NCBI RefSeq assembly: GCF_000150275.1
Contig: NW_002060945.1
Coordinates: 6,997,607-7,061,606 of the forward strand
Direction: 5' to 3'
Source: Trichoplax adhaerens
Lineage: Eukaryota > Animalia > Placozoa
DNA: 64,000 nt
Made by a program: the position numbers and the translations under genes. Shown one piece after another: positions 27,395 to 42,210 of this stretch (the first letter of the stretch is position 1; every line of letters starts with the position of its first letter). Below the pieces are notes generated by a model, which ran no database searches, was not told the origin of the DNA, and worked only from the letters and a program-made list of their open reading frames with translations.

Positions 27395-30300
27395 ATGGCC
27401 AAAGTCGAGGCTAATTTGAATTCAATTTATAACGATCGAAGGCAATCGCGGCCATTATCGACCGCTACGGTACCATTTCGTCTACCACCAACAAATCAAG
27501 GACTATCATTTGAAGGCAATCGTGAATGGCGTAGGTATGTTATATTATTAACTGACTCTAGTCTGGGATAGCACGATGATCGATCATACTATATCAATCA
27601 ACCGCTAACCTATCATAGTTTGGAATACGGTAGTGCAACGTACTTACTTCATGTAAGCAGAAATCTTGTTCAGACATCCAAATCTAAAAGATAAAATCAT
27701 TCTTCATAAGTTGAAATTGCTTTTCTAAACACTATTCAATCGATTATTGAACCTAATCTTTCATTTCATAATAACCATCCACTTGTAAATTTATTTTTTC
27801 TCACTAGTCAGGAGGATGATTTGTTTTAAAATCATTCCGTTGAAAGAATACTAATTATCGCCATCGCTTTTTCTTCCTTCTTTAAACATTCCTTTCTCAC
27901 TAGTACACTACTAAAGGACAACATTTTACTTTTATCATCTTGCACATAGAGACAAACCAGTACTACATAACCAATATGTACTTCTGTATGTTATTGATTA
28001 TCGATCGTTAAATAATTATCTTCATTTTAATATAAAAAAATTTGATTGCAAAGAAGGCCAATTCAATTGGACTTTTCCTACCGCAACAGGATAACGTGGG
28101 TAAGATGAAAGAAAAAGAAAATTGAGCAAAGAGTTATTCTCTAAAAACTTCAAAAATGTTGATCTGGCCATATGACAAGCTATCTCCACTTATGATTTCC
28201 TTTTAGTATTTTTTGCGCTTCTTTTTTTGCATGCTTACACTACCGAAGATGACTTCGCTTCCTTTTTTCTCCATACTTACAAGTGTATTACACTTATTGA
28301 CGGTAAAAACGAAAACTATAACACTGTCCATTGTCATTGCTGACTTACGTTCTTCATGGATGATTTTAAGACACGTAGCCATGATTTTTTATTCAACTAT
28401 TATACTCGTATTCATAATCATTTGTGTAGATGATTAAGCACCGTTCGTCGTATTTGTAAAAGTAATTCTTCTCCTTTTTCTACCTCTCATGACAGTATTG
28501 TAGCGAGCATTACCACGTTATTTCAGAAACGTAGTAGCAGTTATATAAGCTTCGATCAAGTTCTGGAGAAAGTCAGGTAGGTGATTAATTCTACACTCTT
28601 AAAATAATTGATTACAACCACTATAATTAAGATATCTCGTTAAACTAGAACTATAGACTTTTGCTTTTTTGTTGTTGTTATCACTCCTAAGTAGTGATGT
28701 TCAGTTAAATTAATTACTTTGTCGATTTCCAATTTAATAGCAAGAAAGGAGAATCTTGATAAATTGATTTCATTCTAATCTAATTTGAGTATATCTTTTG
28801 TTCGAGATATTTATTTGGATTATAAATCAGTCACTAAATTTACTCGAATAATTTATAATTCTTGTTAAATGATTAAAGATTGTCATCTGGCAGAAAGATC
28901 AATGCATTATTATGCTACTATTTCTTTAGTTGTAGTCAAACAATATTATTCGACTTTACCTAAAGTAGTTCAAATCATTCTTCTTGACACTATTAATAGA
29001 TAGTGTAGGCGGTTTTTATTAAACCTTATCCTATTTCTACCTTCCAATATCTGGCTATGTATATACTTAATATCAAATCAAGTAGAAAGTCATCCTTTGA
29101 TGTAATTCACGGCCTAGATAAGTTGAATTATCATCCAATATACCAATGGCATGATTATGCTTATAAAGTAAATAAAGATTAATCCTCCGCAATGCGAAAA
29201 TATTAAAAAATTTATGGATGTTAGATTTTCTTTTTTTCTCAATTTAATTTTCGAGGACTCTTTCTGTTTGCACTTTACGATACAGCTATAACGTCACAAT
29301 GAACTATAAATCTTGATTAAGCTGCTGATAATACATTTAAAAAATTGCCCCTGTTAGAATGTAGAACAGAATCGCCTTTTATTCAAGCGCCAATATGGGC
29401 AATGGTTGAAATACCATATACGAGTAGTGTTGTCGTGAAGTATACAAATTTTATGAACATTTATTAGAAATTTCTTTAACTTTTCTACAGTAATTTATAT
29501 TTAGCATTAAGGTTAATGAGTCACAATAATCATTTTAACAACTGTATTCCCGGCTTGCGATTGAACAGTTGTTACTTTTCTCGCAAAGTATGCACGTACC
29601 TGTACAATTCAAGAGGCGGTTCATTTTATTAATTAATATTTTTTTCTGATTTCAACTTCTTTATTAAGAAAATAACTAGCCATTATTTTCCTTTTGACTA
29701 AAATGATGTCAATTTGATCAGTCATGTAGCAGATAAAATGTTCAAGATTATCATCTTTTAATGTGGAAACTGTAACTAACAACGACTTCCCGATAGCTGT
29801 TTTAGAATTGACACAATATATAGTAAAAGAATGCATAAAATAACAATGTTAGACAATATCTATTTTACAATTTTATTACGCTACAATGCTTGCAGATGTA
29901 ATAAAAAGACACGTAATATTAGTTTCATATTCTTTACTAACAATACTCATTTATATATCCTCTATTTATTGCTAATAGATTAATCTTGAACTCAGAAACA
30001 GGAAATTTACTCTACGATTATTATCAGGTTGGTTATTGATTTGATGAAGACTTTTTGGGAGGGGGAAAGAACTGTATTCCATAGTAAGCTGTAATTCGAT
30101 GCTATACCACTTTTTATAAAAGTATTTATTAGTATAAATAATTAGTAGCCATACTACAGTTCAAAATTATGCCTATGTCGGATACGTAGTATATAGCTAC
30201 GGTCCTTAGGCAGTTTGCTTGAAGACTCCAGCGAAAGAATTATTTTATTCGTAATTCTATGAGGCAATTCTACTGTAAATCTCCTTGTACTCTTCTATTG

Positions 30301-32665
30301 TACATCAAATCAGACGTGATTAGGCTACCATCAGCCTCTTTTCTCCTATTTAAGCCTATATTCATTCTATTAGCGTACAATATCCTCAAGTTAAAATTAT
30401 CTTAAAAATTTTTATTGTAATTGCAGCTATAAATAATGTTGACTAGATTGTAAAATAAATGAATTTTTCACTTCAAGATTCCTACGTGTTAATCATATAG
30501 ATATTACTATCACTGAACTTCTCTTTGTATCATAATTATAAGTCTTACATATAATTGCATGTTAAAAATATTAGCTATTACTTAACTTCGACTGTAATAT
30601 ACGGTAAATCGTTTCGCGGATGCAATTCAAATACCAATCTAGTTTTCTTTCTCGGTACGTCTTTGTGAAATGTAGTAGACGTACGCTATTACGAAATCTC
30701 ATAGATTCATTCATTCTATCTATTTCAAAATATTAGGATCATTTACTAAAGAAAGGAATGATTATTTTACGAGAAGAAGTCAAAGATCTTACTGGTAAGA
30801 GCTACTTTGATAATGTATCTAGTGCCTGTTAAGCGATATTTAACCCAAACAAATTAACCCGCTCAAAGAGCATATGCCACTTTTATTACAGTATATTTAT
30901 CCACTGTTAATCACAGCATATCAATAATATTAAATCTGTGATCTCTGCTCAACTTGAAGTTATAGGATAGGTTATAAAAATAACACATATACTTAGATAG
31001 GCAATCTAAGACCTAGAACTGTTGTAGTACAGAATAAACGGGATGTAGTAGCTACTATTCCACGATATCCTAAAGTGGCGTAAATTTTCCCGTAGTTAAA
31101 GGATTAATTAGATTTGCATACACATAAATGATATAACGATAGTATCACTTTGATAAAAATATTAATCCAATAGTTTATGTGCAGGTGATGAATTATTAAA
31201 GAAATTGGTGATATTGTGGAATCAATTTTTCGTCGATATTTTGCCTGCCTTACAGATTTTATTTCACCCTATTCAGGTAATTTTATATTATATTATTTTA
31301 TTTTCTAAAGTGATTTATAATTATCTTTCATAACCCAATACACCATATATCGCATTCGTAAATAAATATGAACTACTAATCAAACCTCTACAATTTTGTA
31401 GACAAGGCATTTAAGCATCCGTCAGGTAGCTTTAGTGAGTTTTAGAGACATTCTTTTATTGAAAACAAAAATTGAAGGTTAGAATATGTAATCAAATTGT
31501 TTGGCAAAATGGAATTAAATGTAGAAAGTGTTTTGTAATTGATCACGTAGGAGACTGATTTAAGATATTTACTCTGTATTTCATAATGGTATATACTGTA
31601 GTATGGTAACTTTGCTATTTCAGGCTCTTAAATTTTGTTTTACTTTTTATCTTAGAAACAATTTTACTCGAAATTGCGACTATAACACCATCTATCCAAC
31701 AAATGCTGTTGGTTTTATTGGTAAGGCATATATGCTATCGCTATACATATTCACAATACTGTTTGTACTATCCTTTTTATTCGTAGCATATATCTCTACT
31801 GTATCATCCGATGATATTAAAGTATTTCTAACGCCGTAATACATAATTTTAACATTATCGTACCTGTGTTTCTTCTATTTTCAATCAGCTTAAAATCATA
31901 ATTATGACATCATTTCAATTTTCAATTTATTGTAATTCCGTAGTAAATTAATAATATGCAGCATCTATGCTGATATTGATATGCCTTTACATTTATGACA
32001 TTAATGCCATATTTTCAAAGCTGATATTTCGTCACTATATCTATTATTAAATACTTTTAGAGCGTTCATGATAAATCACCACCCAATGAAGAATATATAC
32101 GCTTAGAAAAAATGGCAGCCAAAGTAGTTAAGCCTTACATGCCGGTTAGTTATCGAAGCAACAATCTTGATACAGTAACACCAGATAATCCATATCTAAG
32201 GAGAATCAGAGATAGTATCTTAGGTAAGGTTTGGAATAGTTCTCTTTCATATTTGGGTTATAAGTCCAAAGTATAAATTAGCATAATGTATTAATATGTA
32301 ATGTACCTTAACTAGTGAGATAGCAAATATACTAATAGCCATTTTAAATCAGACGGAATTCGGCAAATAATTAGAAAAGCAGCAGTTGTTCTATTTGGTA
32401 GTATCGTTAAAATCTTAGCACGGTCTATATTAATATTAATTTATTAATCGTTTTACTTCTTTATACAAATAAAGAAGATAAAGATATTGTCATGAAAGTG
32501 CCAATTGTACTCAGGTCCGAGTCTGCGTCATTTAGTAACAGTCGTGATACTAGTAATGATTTCAGAGCATCCTTAGTAAGTGGTGGAATAACCTTCGATG
32601 CAAGGCCGCATAGTTTCGCTGGAGATTTGCCGTTACGTCGGAAGCACAGGGTTACTGTATTATAA
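27395..32665 (+). CDS. PRR5: PRR5/PRR5L (Protor, mTORC2 subunit; HbrB domain), 9 coding exons; absent from the ORF track
   Basis: Exons 27395-27534, 28496-28576, 29979-30027, 30737-30794, 31185-31276, 31402-31477, 31656-31720, 32061-32223, ~32475-32665, phases consistent. Translation includes EWRSIVASITTLFQKR..VRLILNSETGNLLYDYYQDHLLKKGMIILRE..LWNQFFVDILPALQILFHPIQ..SIRQVALVSFRD..IQQMLLVLLSVHD..EYIRLEKMAAKVVKPY, matching the Protor HbrB domain. The true start could lie further upstream. Confidence 0.85.
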
Positions 32666-34212
32666 TAGTTAAAGTGGTACACTCGTAGGTTGAAGTATTG
32701 CTCTGCAAGTTGAGCGGCAGCTTGCTATCCTGATTTATGATGGGATGACTGAAATTGCTTTGACTGGTTTTATAAAGAATTGGCTATTAGGTTTTCTTAT
32801 ACTATCTATCAATGATTGTAATATTGTATAATAACATATTTATCCAACATAGCCGGTAATTCACGGTACATACTTAGGTAACCTTGAAAATCCATTAACC
32901 TGTGACATTTATGTAGCAGCTAGTAAACTCTTTAAACACTGTTTACAAATCTATACGAAGATCAGTCATTAAAAATGTTGATTTATGATATCATACTGTG
33001 AATCTGTAAGCCTAACTATGGATCGACATGGCGAAACTGTCATATCGTATACATTTGATTTTAACCACGCTACAAGGGTTATAACCTGTTTCGTTATATT
33101 TTATATAATTTATGTATAGGATACACGACAATTAATTCCATTTACGTCGGGTGGTCTACCGGCACCGATAATAGAGAATTAGAGAAGGAATACGAATTAA
33201 ATTACCTGAAGTAACCCATGTATTTCGTTGATTGTTCTTTCATAGTGACTAATAACAATTACTATTTCATTAAATAGATTTTGACAAACAAAATAATCGG
33301 ATTTATGACGCTTCATCCATTGTATACCGACTCAATAAAGCATTCAATTTTCGGAAATACATGAATTTATTGAAAAGTGGTGATAATGATAGTTGTTTCA
33401 TTTAAACTACAGTTCGTATAGACCTCGTACGTTGCCTAAGTATTGTAGAAGATTGTACGATCTAGTAAAACATCGGTAGTACTAACAGTTACTAATATGC
33501 TTGCAATATGAATGAAAGAATTGTTATCCTACAGAATTAGGCTGGATAAAGGAGCAATCGCAGGTATTCAGGAGTCACAATAAAATTTAACCTACTTGAA
33601 ATATAACATAAATGTATAGAGTGTATCCCATATCAAAGCGATTAAAGAATACTTGAAGCAGTTAGGTAGTAAGTATTGTACAATGACAAAGAGTAACCGA
33701 AGAAGGTCATTATACACAATATGTATACCTAACAAGGTACGTATTAACGAACAGCATGAATCATACTACAGTATTAAACAGGTTATCAAATGTCAGTATC
33801 AAACATCATTTCGGTATCTGTCAGATTTTACAACCGTCGTAACTAGACTCAGCACATAAGTATAAAACTGCTCTTGGGCGATCGCATTTTTTATGTACCA
33901 AATAATGTAATTAATACTAGCATTCTAATATATCTTTTCAAATACTTGATACAATCAAATCGTGGCTATGGCACGAAGGTAATAAACCTCTTACCACACA
34001 ATTAGATAAAAAGCTAACAAATATTCAAACCAACAGTTCATAACTAAATAGAGTGAGCTATAACAACATTTTTGATCTCACTCTGATATTTAGTAATTAG
34101 TTAACATACAGAAATAGAAATCTCTCTTTCGAGATAGACATTAGCAAATAACATGTTGCGGCTTATTGTCAGGGCCGTATATCGCCCACCACTAGGTCAA
34201 TTTACTTAAAGT

Positions 34213-37200
34213 TTAGTTGTCACCATTTGCTATTTCCATAGAATTATCACCATCTACAATTGCAGAACTACATAAATATAGGTAGAATTAGCTTAAACTT
34301 TCTCCAATGTTCTCATAAGAATGTCTTTTAATTAATGTAAACTACTGTACTATGCTATACTATCACAATTCGGCCAACATACCTCATTTGCGACGAATTT
34401 TCCGATTGAGATTTTTGATTATTTTCACTAACACTATTATCTATCTCCATAACTTTCGGTTCTTCCGTTTGATGTCTAAATAATATTACAATACTATAAA
34501 TATGCAAAATGTGTCAAAGATGAACGCAATAGCAATACTCTACTTACGGGGATATCTCTATCGAGTTAGATTCCGATGAGGCTTGTCTATAAAATAATTT
34601 ATGTGGTTACTTAAGGTACAAAAGGGTTTTTCAACAGTAGTATCTAAACATACTTTCCAAAATCTGCCCAATTCCCATCAGATATATTAGATCCTTCATC
34701 AGCAGGCTTAGACCATATCCCTTCATCTGATACTTGAGCGTTGAAATTTGCTGTCCAGGATGCTATTATCGTAGGACACGAAATAAATGTCTTAATTATT
34801 AGTGCTTGCATTTAACAAAATACAGCCATTAAAATTAATTTATTGTTTACCGCTATTATTTTGATCATTTTCACCCTGCTCTGATTGAGCAAAAGGATTC
34901 GAAAAAGAAATAAGTCGATCGCCATCTCCAGTACCATCGTCTGATGAATCACTATCGCTGCTACTCCTATTGTGCTCAGTATTATCTTCTTTTAGCGCTT
35001 GCCTATATCGAATAAGGCCATATAAAGTAAAGATCAGAATAATATAAACATATTAAGACAATTCAAGTAAGGAAATACTATACAATAGTAACAGTTGTCA
35101 TAAATATCAATAGAAAGAAACTAACTCATGGGATTCGCTGGTAATTGAGAACTCGCGTTCTTCCCAGACATCTTCGGTGGTTTCGTCAAAAGCAGCCATT
35201 TTTTCGTTACAGCGTTCTTCGAAAATATTGGCTGAATTCTAAAGAAATATCATCGAATATACGATATGGTGTAAGTATATATTGTAATAATTATTCGTAC
35301 GTGTACATAGCTACAACTATGAAATGAATTTTCATCACCATGCTATCTTGTACATCAATTTTGAATTTGACATCCTCTAATGCGTCATAGTGAGCCTTAA
35401 GGCATTCATCATCGTCTTGAAATTCATCTTCATCGTATGATAATTTATCTATCATACTAGGGCCAAGGTCAGACATTTGATAATGATTGTAAATCTAAAA
35501 AATTTCGAAAGAATCGTTAAAATTATATACAGATAGTGAGAACTAGTTTAAAAATTGTTATAGTAATTACCTTCGGTAAATTGCCAGTAACAGCTCTAGG
35601 AAAGTCATCCTCATCAGATATGGAGGATGTCCCAGAATTGGTCGGCTTTACTAATTCGATAGCGTTCCTCTTATTTGTCTCCTTAAGAGAACCAGAAATG
35701 AACTGATCCCATCGCCCATGTATATCTTCGGCAAGATCTGTATAATCACAATAACTTAATTACTTTTATTACCCTCTTGATCATCATTAACAATGATGTA
35801 TAAATTGTGATGAAATGAAACTAGTACAGCATTCTTGCCTTTAAAATACGATTGAAGTATCTCTTTATTTGGACCTCTTTCTAATCTAGTAGCTACGGTA
35901 TTAGCAATTCGAGTAAGATATCCCATATGGCCTCCGCGTTGACCATGAGGATTTGCCCTATCCAAAGTATATACAGCAGTTAGTAAGCTCTTCAATATTA
36001 GTCGTGAACCATGCTACATCTCAACAGAAATTTAAAATTTAGACTAACGTTTCTTTCTCGTTGTCTTCCCAATTATCCACTATTTTTTCTAATATCCGGC
36101 AGTTTTGGAACAGCTGTTTTGGTACAAATTAAGGTTCACCGTATTATTTAAATCAATATTTGGCAAAAAGCTATAAAAATTTATGTACTTACCGTATTTA
36201 TCAGAGGAGATACTCTAGCACCATCCTCTTCATTTGGTGTATTGGTAAGGATTGTAACGATACATTGCTCCACATGTAAATGAAGGAAATTATTCCAGGA
36301 ATATTTGAAGAACAGATCCTACATGATGAATTATACACATGGCCGCATTGTTAAAAAATATAATGTCATTGACGGAAGATTTTTATTATAGCTTGGAAAC
36401 TTACCCACAATAATTCTAAAGTTCCTAATTTAGCCAATTCAACGTTGACTGCATGAACATTTGTAAGTAGTAAAGCTGAAACTAATTTAGCGACATGCAA
36501 TCTGACATTTCCTAATGGTGGTTGTAGTAAGCCAGCTGTAGTCCGCATAGCTTGCCTCTGAGAATGGTTCAGTAACATCCTCATTAGTTGAATATTACAG
36601 TAATCCTTACAGCAATATACAATATTACACGTATAACACGAGCGAATTTAACTTACACGAGGAGGAGATTTTAAAAGGTCGGTTAAGTCCCTTAACCTAG
36701 GTATTATTCCTTGTATTTCATTATCAACTCCTGGAATTGTTGAAAATGTCTGAATTAGAAAGCTACTTAAAATTCTTCGTAAGAATAGATTTGATAAGAT
36801 CGTACCTTCAGCAAATTCCTTAGTGTCTATAATCACAGATGCGTCTTCTAATTGTTCACTGGTCCTTCGCAGATCTATCATCGCAAGTAATACCTGAATA
36901 CCACTTACAATAGCAGAATCGCATCTTTCGCCATTTGTTTCTTGCAACATATTTTCTATCAATAGTTGAACAGTTTCTTGCCTGTGCATAGCCATAAGCA
37001 AAAAGATTTGATTACAATTGTGTCGGCAACAGCATAAGAGTAATTGCAGTAGACACAATTATAGCTTAGTAATATGCTCACCTTTCAATTGTACGAAGCA
37101 AAGGATCATGTAGCTCACTGTCAACCATAGTTGGTAAACGTTCACGTCCTTGTCTAATAATATCACATAGTACTTGCGAAGCATAAGAATGCATCTACAG

Positions 37201-40200
37201 TGATATGAGTAGTATTTATTAAGAACAATCTTACAATTTCAATTTACATAAATACTGCCAATCTGTTTGAAACAATAGTATTTACTCCGCCTAAATTATT
37301 ATCATAAGAATTCAGTAAAATGTGGTATACCTCGCTTTCGATTGCTGGATTAATAAGTAATATCAGTTTTGTTATTAGTGATTCTTCGTCCAACCACTTC
37401 AAAAATATAAGTATATTGGTCAGAAGATAATACAATTTAAAAAAAAATCTTATAGTTTTACTATTCAACTGAGTTAAAAGCCCATCGTGAAATATGTTTT
37501 TTTGCACCGATTGCATTTTATTGCTCGCTACATCTATTAGATAGTATAAGACATAGCTGGTTATCGTTGCGTTCATTTACCTCCAATTTAAGCCAGTATG
37601 ATAATGGTAACATAATACTGGGGTAAGGTACTGGAGGATATATTCCAAACGATAATATTAAGTACACGGACAAGTACTCAATAAATGTCAAAATTTTAAG
37701 CAAGATAGCAAGTACTAGAATTCTTGAACAATCTATAATTATTCGATACGCACTTATACTTGGGTATGGTGTAAACTGACCATATACGTGACAATCTTAA
37801 GTCGACGTGTATTTGTTTTATATCGCATTATTCCCCTACCCATATTAACTATATTATAAGATTTTTGCTAAGATAACTAATAATTGATTCCGCTGTAACT
37901 ACTTATAAATTGCAGGATACAGCCTTTTGATATGTAAGTACAAAAATACTAAGAAATTTACTATATTACCTATGCACTAAAAGCTATGTAAAATATACAT
38001 TTAAGAAAGATGGCACAGCAAATAATGGGGAATGAAATCTTTAATATGTATAGCATCATTCAATTAAGATATTTGGCATTTATATAACATATTAACGTAT
38101 TATAATAGTTTTGAGCGGTATTATTGAAAAAATTCATACGTTTCCTTAACTCTTATCAGCCATTGCAACATACAGTACTACTATTATCTTAATTTTCAAT
38201 GGAATGCAATTAATTTCGTCTAATTGTGCTGTTGCTAGATATCTTGACTGCTATCTTAATTAAATATATTGAATCGAAGTTGTTAATCAAGCAAAAATAT
38301 TATCAATACCTCTCTGACACTACACTACAACTAACATTTGGGCAACGGGCGATATGGATATCATAGTACCTTCAACAAATTTTTAAAGTGATTCGAAATG
38401 TTGTAAGAATAGATTGTACTACATGTAGAAGATAGTTAGGTACATAGTTTTAACGTGAAATGTACCACGGATAACTATGCACGAATAAAGCTTGGCATTG
38501 TAAATTTGAAAGAAATGTCGATAACAATCTTATGATAATATACATGTATATTGTTTATGATGTACTGTTATAAAGGGATCGTGTGTATAACTATGAGGAC
38601 AGAATTTCTGAATGACAACGTACCTTTAAGATGGCAAATTTTAGCTGTGGATTTTCAGTACAGGTGACTAGGCGCATAAGTAAATCCATAATCGCTGATG
38701 TATTAAAATGTTTCAGAATAGTATTGACAACGCCATCATGGCCACACAAATAATTAAAGGTAGCTTCTGTATTCCTCTTTAATAATATACCAACAGTCTT
38801 GCTAAAAAAGCTAATCACCATTGTAAATAATTGCGTTAATACAGAACGATTTATAATACTATAGTTTACTGATGAAATGAGATTGCTACTCTATTTAAAA
38901 GCGATTACTATTCCGTTAATCTGCTATACAATTTATTGGATGTCTAGCTACTGTACTCACACCGATGAGAATTTAACATTGGGATACAAATCAGAAAATA
39001 TAGAATTTTTAAATACAAGGTTATTGTCATTAACTATCTAGACGAAAATATGATTAATTTCTAACTATCTAGAGCAATAGGTGAAGATAAATCAATTTAT
39101 TAGATATTTTTTTGTAATTGGTTTGATTGTCAACGTACCTAGCTAATAAAGGATTTAAGGGAGATTCATTATCTAGAAATGACCATAGCTTTTCAGTTAG
39201 TGCTGGTTCTTTAACTAAATTTTCAGTAATTGAGAAGACGTCGCAAGTTAAGATTTCGCAAGATGTACTTGGATACTTGAAGCGACTTTTTTCATCGACA
39301 TCTTCTGAAGGTTCATTTACAATATAATTGACCATTGCTTCGATTGAAGTTGGCCTAGACAGACTGTACGAGTAATGACAATAGATAAATATTATAGTTA
39401 GGCAATTTATTATACACTGTACGTTGACGAAGATGATATCGAAAATAAAAGAGAGAAATTTTAAGATGTATTCTATCTTCGTAGATATATACTAATACCA
39501 TAGACGCCGGTAAAAAAAAATATATATGATAGTTTATTCCATATAAAAAATAGCGTTCAATGGAAAAACGAAAATAATAAGGATCGATCGGTTCTTACGA
39601 TAAGTTGTAGATGTATATATTTATGATAATAACAAGCATATAGTTGGCGACTGTTTCTAGAGTTAAATACGGACAGCGAAGTTATCCATGTATTCCGAGT
39701 TTGAAATTTGTCATTTTTTTTTATCAAATGGTCAAGATTTGGTAACTGGTTTTCAAAACAAGTACGGTGGCGCACTTTTTTTGTACGAGTTATTCGCGAT
39801 TACTTTTATCCCGTCAAGTAAAAAAATAGTCAAACTATTGGTTATCAATTGAGCAATAAGGCAACAGTAGTTGTTCTTTTTTATTTCGCTACAACAGTAT
39901 CTTAGAAAAACAGACGACGTTGAAAATAACTTACAACTCAATTAATTTAGTATTCTGTGCTTTACATTCTTGTAAGACATCGTCTTCATCGAGAACTTCT
40001 TCAATGGTTACATTCTATAATTGATAATATTAGAAAATCAATTAACTTACTCTGTATCAGGTAGTTGCATTGACATTTTTAATCTCATAAATGATGATTA
40101 GCATTTAGCGCAATGCGTCATAGAATGAAACAGTGATGAAGAAAGCAATCTCCACATCAAGATATTTTTCTAAATTACGTCTAGTATAGTATAATTATTC

Positions 40201-40407
40201 ATCTTTCAGTGATATCTGTCACGTAAATTATTCTTTACATGACCTATTTATTACAACTAGGAGAATGATACAAGTAACTTTAGGTATGATAAATACATGA
40301 TCAATTTTTTAATCATATATAAACAAAATGATTGACTACGTTGTTACCTCTTTACATAAGATAGAGTCGATAGCAGACACTTGATGATAGTTAAATTTCC
40401 AAAACAT
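34213..40407 (-). CDS. PPP6R3: serine/threonine-protein phosphatase 6 regulatory subunit (SAPS domain), multi-exon
   Basis: Starts MFWKFNYHQVSAIDSILCKE at 40407. Motifs EEVLDEDDVLQECKAQN, RFKYPSTSCEILTCD, LNPLLA, KHFNTSAIMDLL, PPLGNVRLHVAKLV, FFKYSWNNFLH, GHMGYLTRIAN; acidic C-terminus ending ANGDN-stop at 34213. Probably a single pro-orthologue of PPP6R1/2/3. Confidence 0.9.
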
Positions 40408-41754
40408 GTTGTAGATTGTTATAACCAGCAGCAAGCGATTTCTAATTTAAAGATATCAATCCCAGTTAGAAATAAGAGTAGATAAATAAGGTATTTTTAT
40501 CGAGGATAATGATTCATCATTGCTATGTTCATGATTAGAAATGATAATACTCTCATGGATAATATTGCTAACACGTTGTCATTCTATACTGTTGACTTGG
40601 CAGTTATAAAATAATACTTTGACAAGATTGATCTTAGAGTTATTCTTGCTATTTAATTCTCGTTACAAATTCATCATTGTCAACTTTAAGTAGAATAAAT
40701 TGTACATTAGAGTTGTAAACAATATTGAAAAAGTCGAAATTAAAAGGGGGATTGAGTCTATCGACAATCTTTTCTTTTCCGCTTGAACTGTGTAATTAAG
40801 CAAGTGAGGTAGTTGATTTATATAGGAAATGAGTCATTAGTTGTATGGCGTAGGACAAACTCTATACCACAGTATAGCCAGTGTAGTCTAGTCTAGTACA
40901 GTAGATAGTGGTAGGCTAAGCGAATCAACGACAGCCAAACTGGGATACAACTGTTGAAAGATGACTGACATGATGATATTTTCCTCTATCCTTAATTGAT
41001 TAATTTATATTTTAATAGAAAGAATACTTACTAAATCATCACATTGAACTAAGAAGATCTTTCTATGTTTCCTTTCTTAAATAGGATAACGATAGAGGTA
41101 GAGTAATCGATGAATTAATTTCTGGTAGACGTGTGTTGGAATTTTTTTCCCCAAGTCTTTCAATATTGCAGTATACTTTGATGTCAATTTACCAAGTCTC
41201 TCTTCTTTTAGTCTCACCCCCAAAATATACTTGTGTGAATTAGTGCAACTTTTCTAGCTAATCAACTATCTTAATCTTGAAATCAACCAAAGGATAGAAC
41301 CAGTTCAATTATCTTTGTCATAAGCTTTCAAATAATACACACATGGAATGTCTATTTTCCAATTTTCCTGCTGACAAGAGAATGGTTGGATAATACAGAG
41401 GGGCAGATGGGCAAAACTATCGTTGGACAACGTTTTTCAACTAGTTTATGTTGACTGCGCAGGGTATTACAAAGTCGATTATAGTTCACTAGTTTATTTT
41501 ACGACTGCATTCTAACAGTATAATGTACAAATCAAAGATACCAATGAAAGTAATCCTTGCTGAAGAGTTGGAATTGAATTTCAAAGAGGGTAAAGGGAAC
41601 ACGCTTGCCGCCGCTTTGACACTTTTTTTACAGAAATGTTGCCTGCCCTAGTCATCGGCAAGGCAATAACGACGAGAGTCGTATCAAAGCAATGTAGCCA
41701 GCTTGTAGTTATAACAGTATGGGCTGAATGAGTAGTTCGATTGCAATACGATCG

Positions 41755-42210
41755 ATTCCCACTGTACAGTACAGTACCGTACAGTGTAAGGTACGGTGAT
41801 GTACAATACAATGCATGGTCAAGTACTGTACAGTGCAGTACAGTACAGTACCGTGCTTTACAGTACTGTACAGTACACTGTACACAGTACTACAGTACGG
41901 TATCGTACTGTACACTGTACACTGTACACTGTAAAACTGCTGACAGAAATCTTCCGCGTCCAGTCCAGCACTATACAGTGTATTGTACTGTAAACTACAG
42001 TACAGCGTACTGTGGACCCCCTCCTCTGTACAGTGTACAGTACTGTACAGTACAGTACCACTTTTACAGTATAATAATATAGTACTGTACACTGTACACT
42101 GTACAGTATTTTATGCTAGTACAGTGTTTTCATCCGCAAAAATAAGATGAAAACCTTATACTGTACCGTACAGTAATATTTGTAATTTATCTGTAATTTA
42201 GCTGTACAGT
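41755..42210. promoter_or_regulatory. largest ACAGT/ACTGT palindromic tract, upstream of the PPP6R 5' UTR
   Basis: About 450 bp dominated by TACAG/TACTG/TACAC units. It generates several spurious YSTV/TVLY ORFs and lies 5' of a predicted non-coding exon (donor at 41031, acceptor ~40442, minus strand). Confidence 0.6.

Noticed and set aside
41581-42092. Overlapping ORFs rich in Y/S/T/V/C/L on both strands (also 21762-22070, 51096-51314, 58837-59034, 59935-60201)
   Set aside because: They are translations of the stop-poor ACAGT/ACTGT tracts, with no domain and open frames on both strands.
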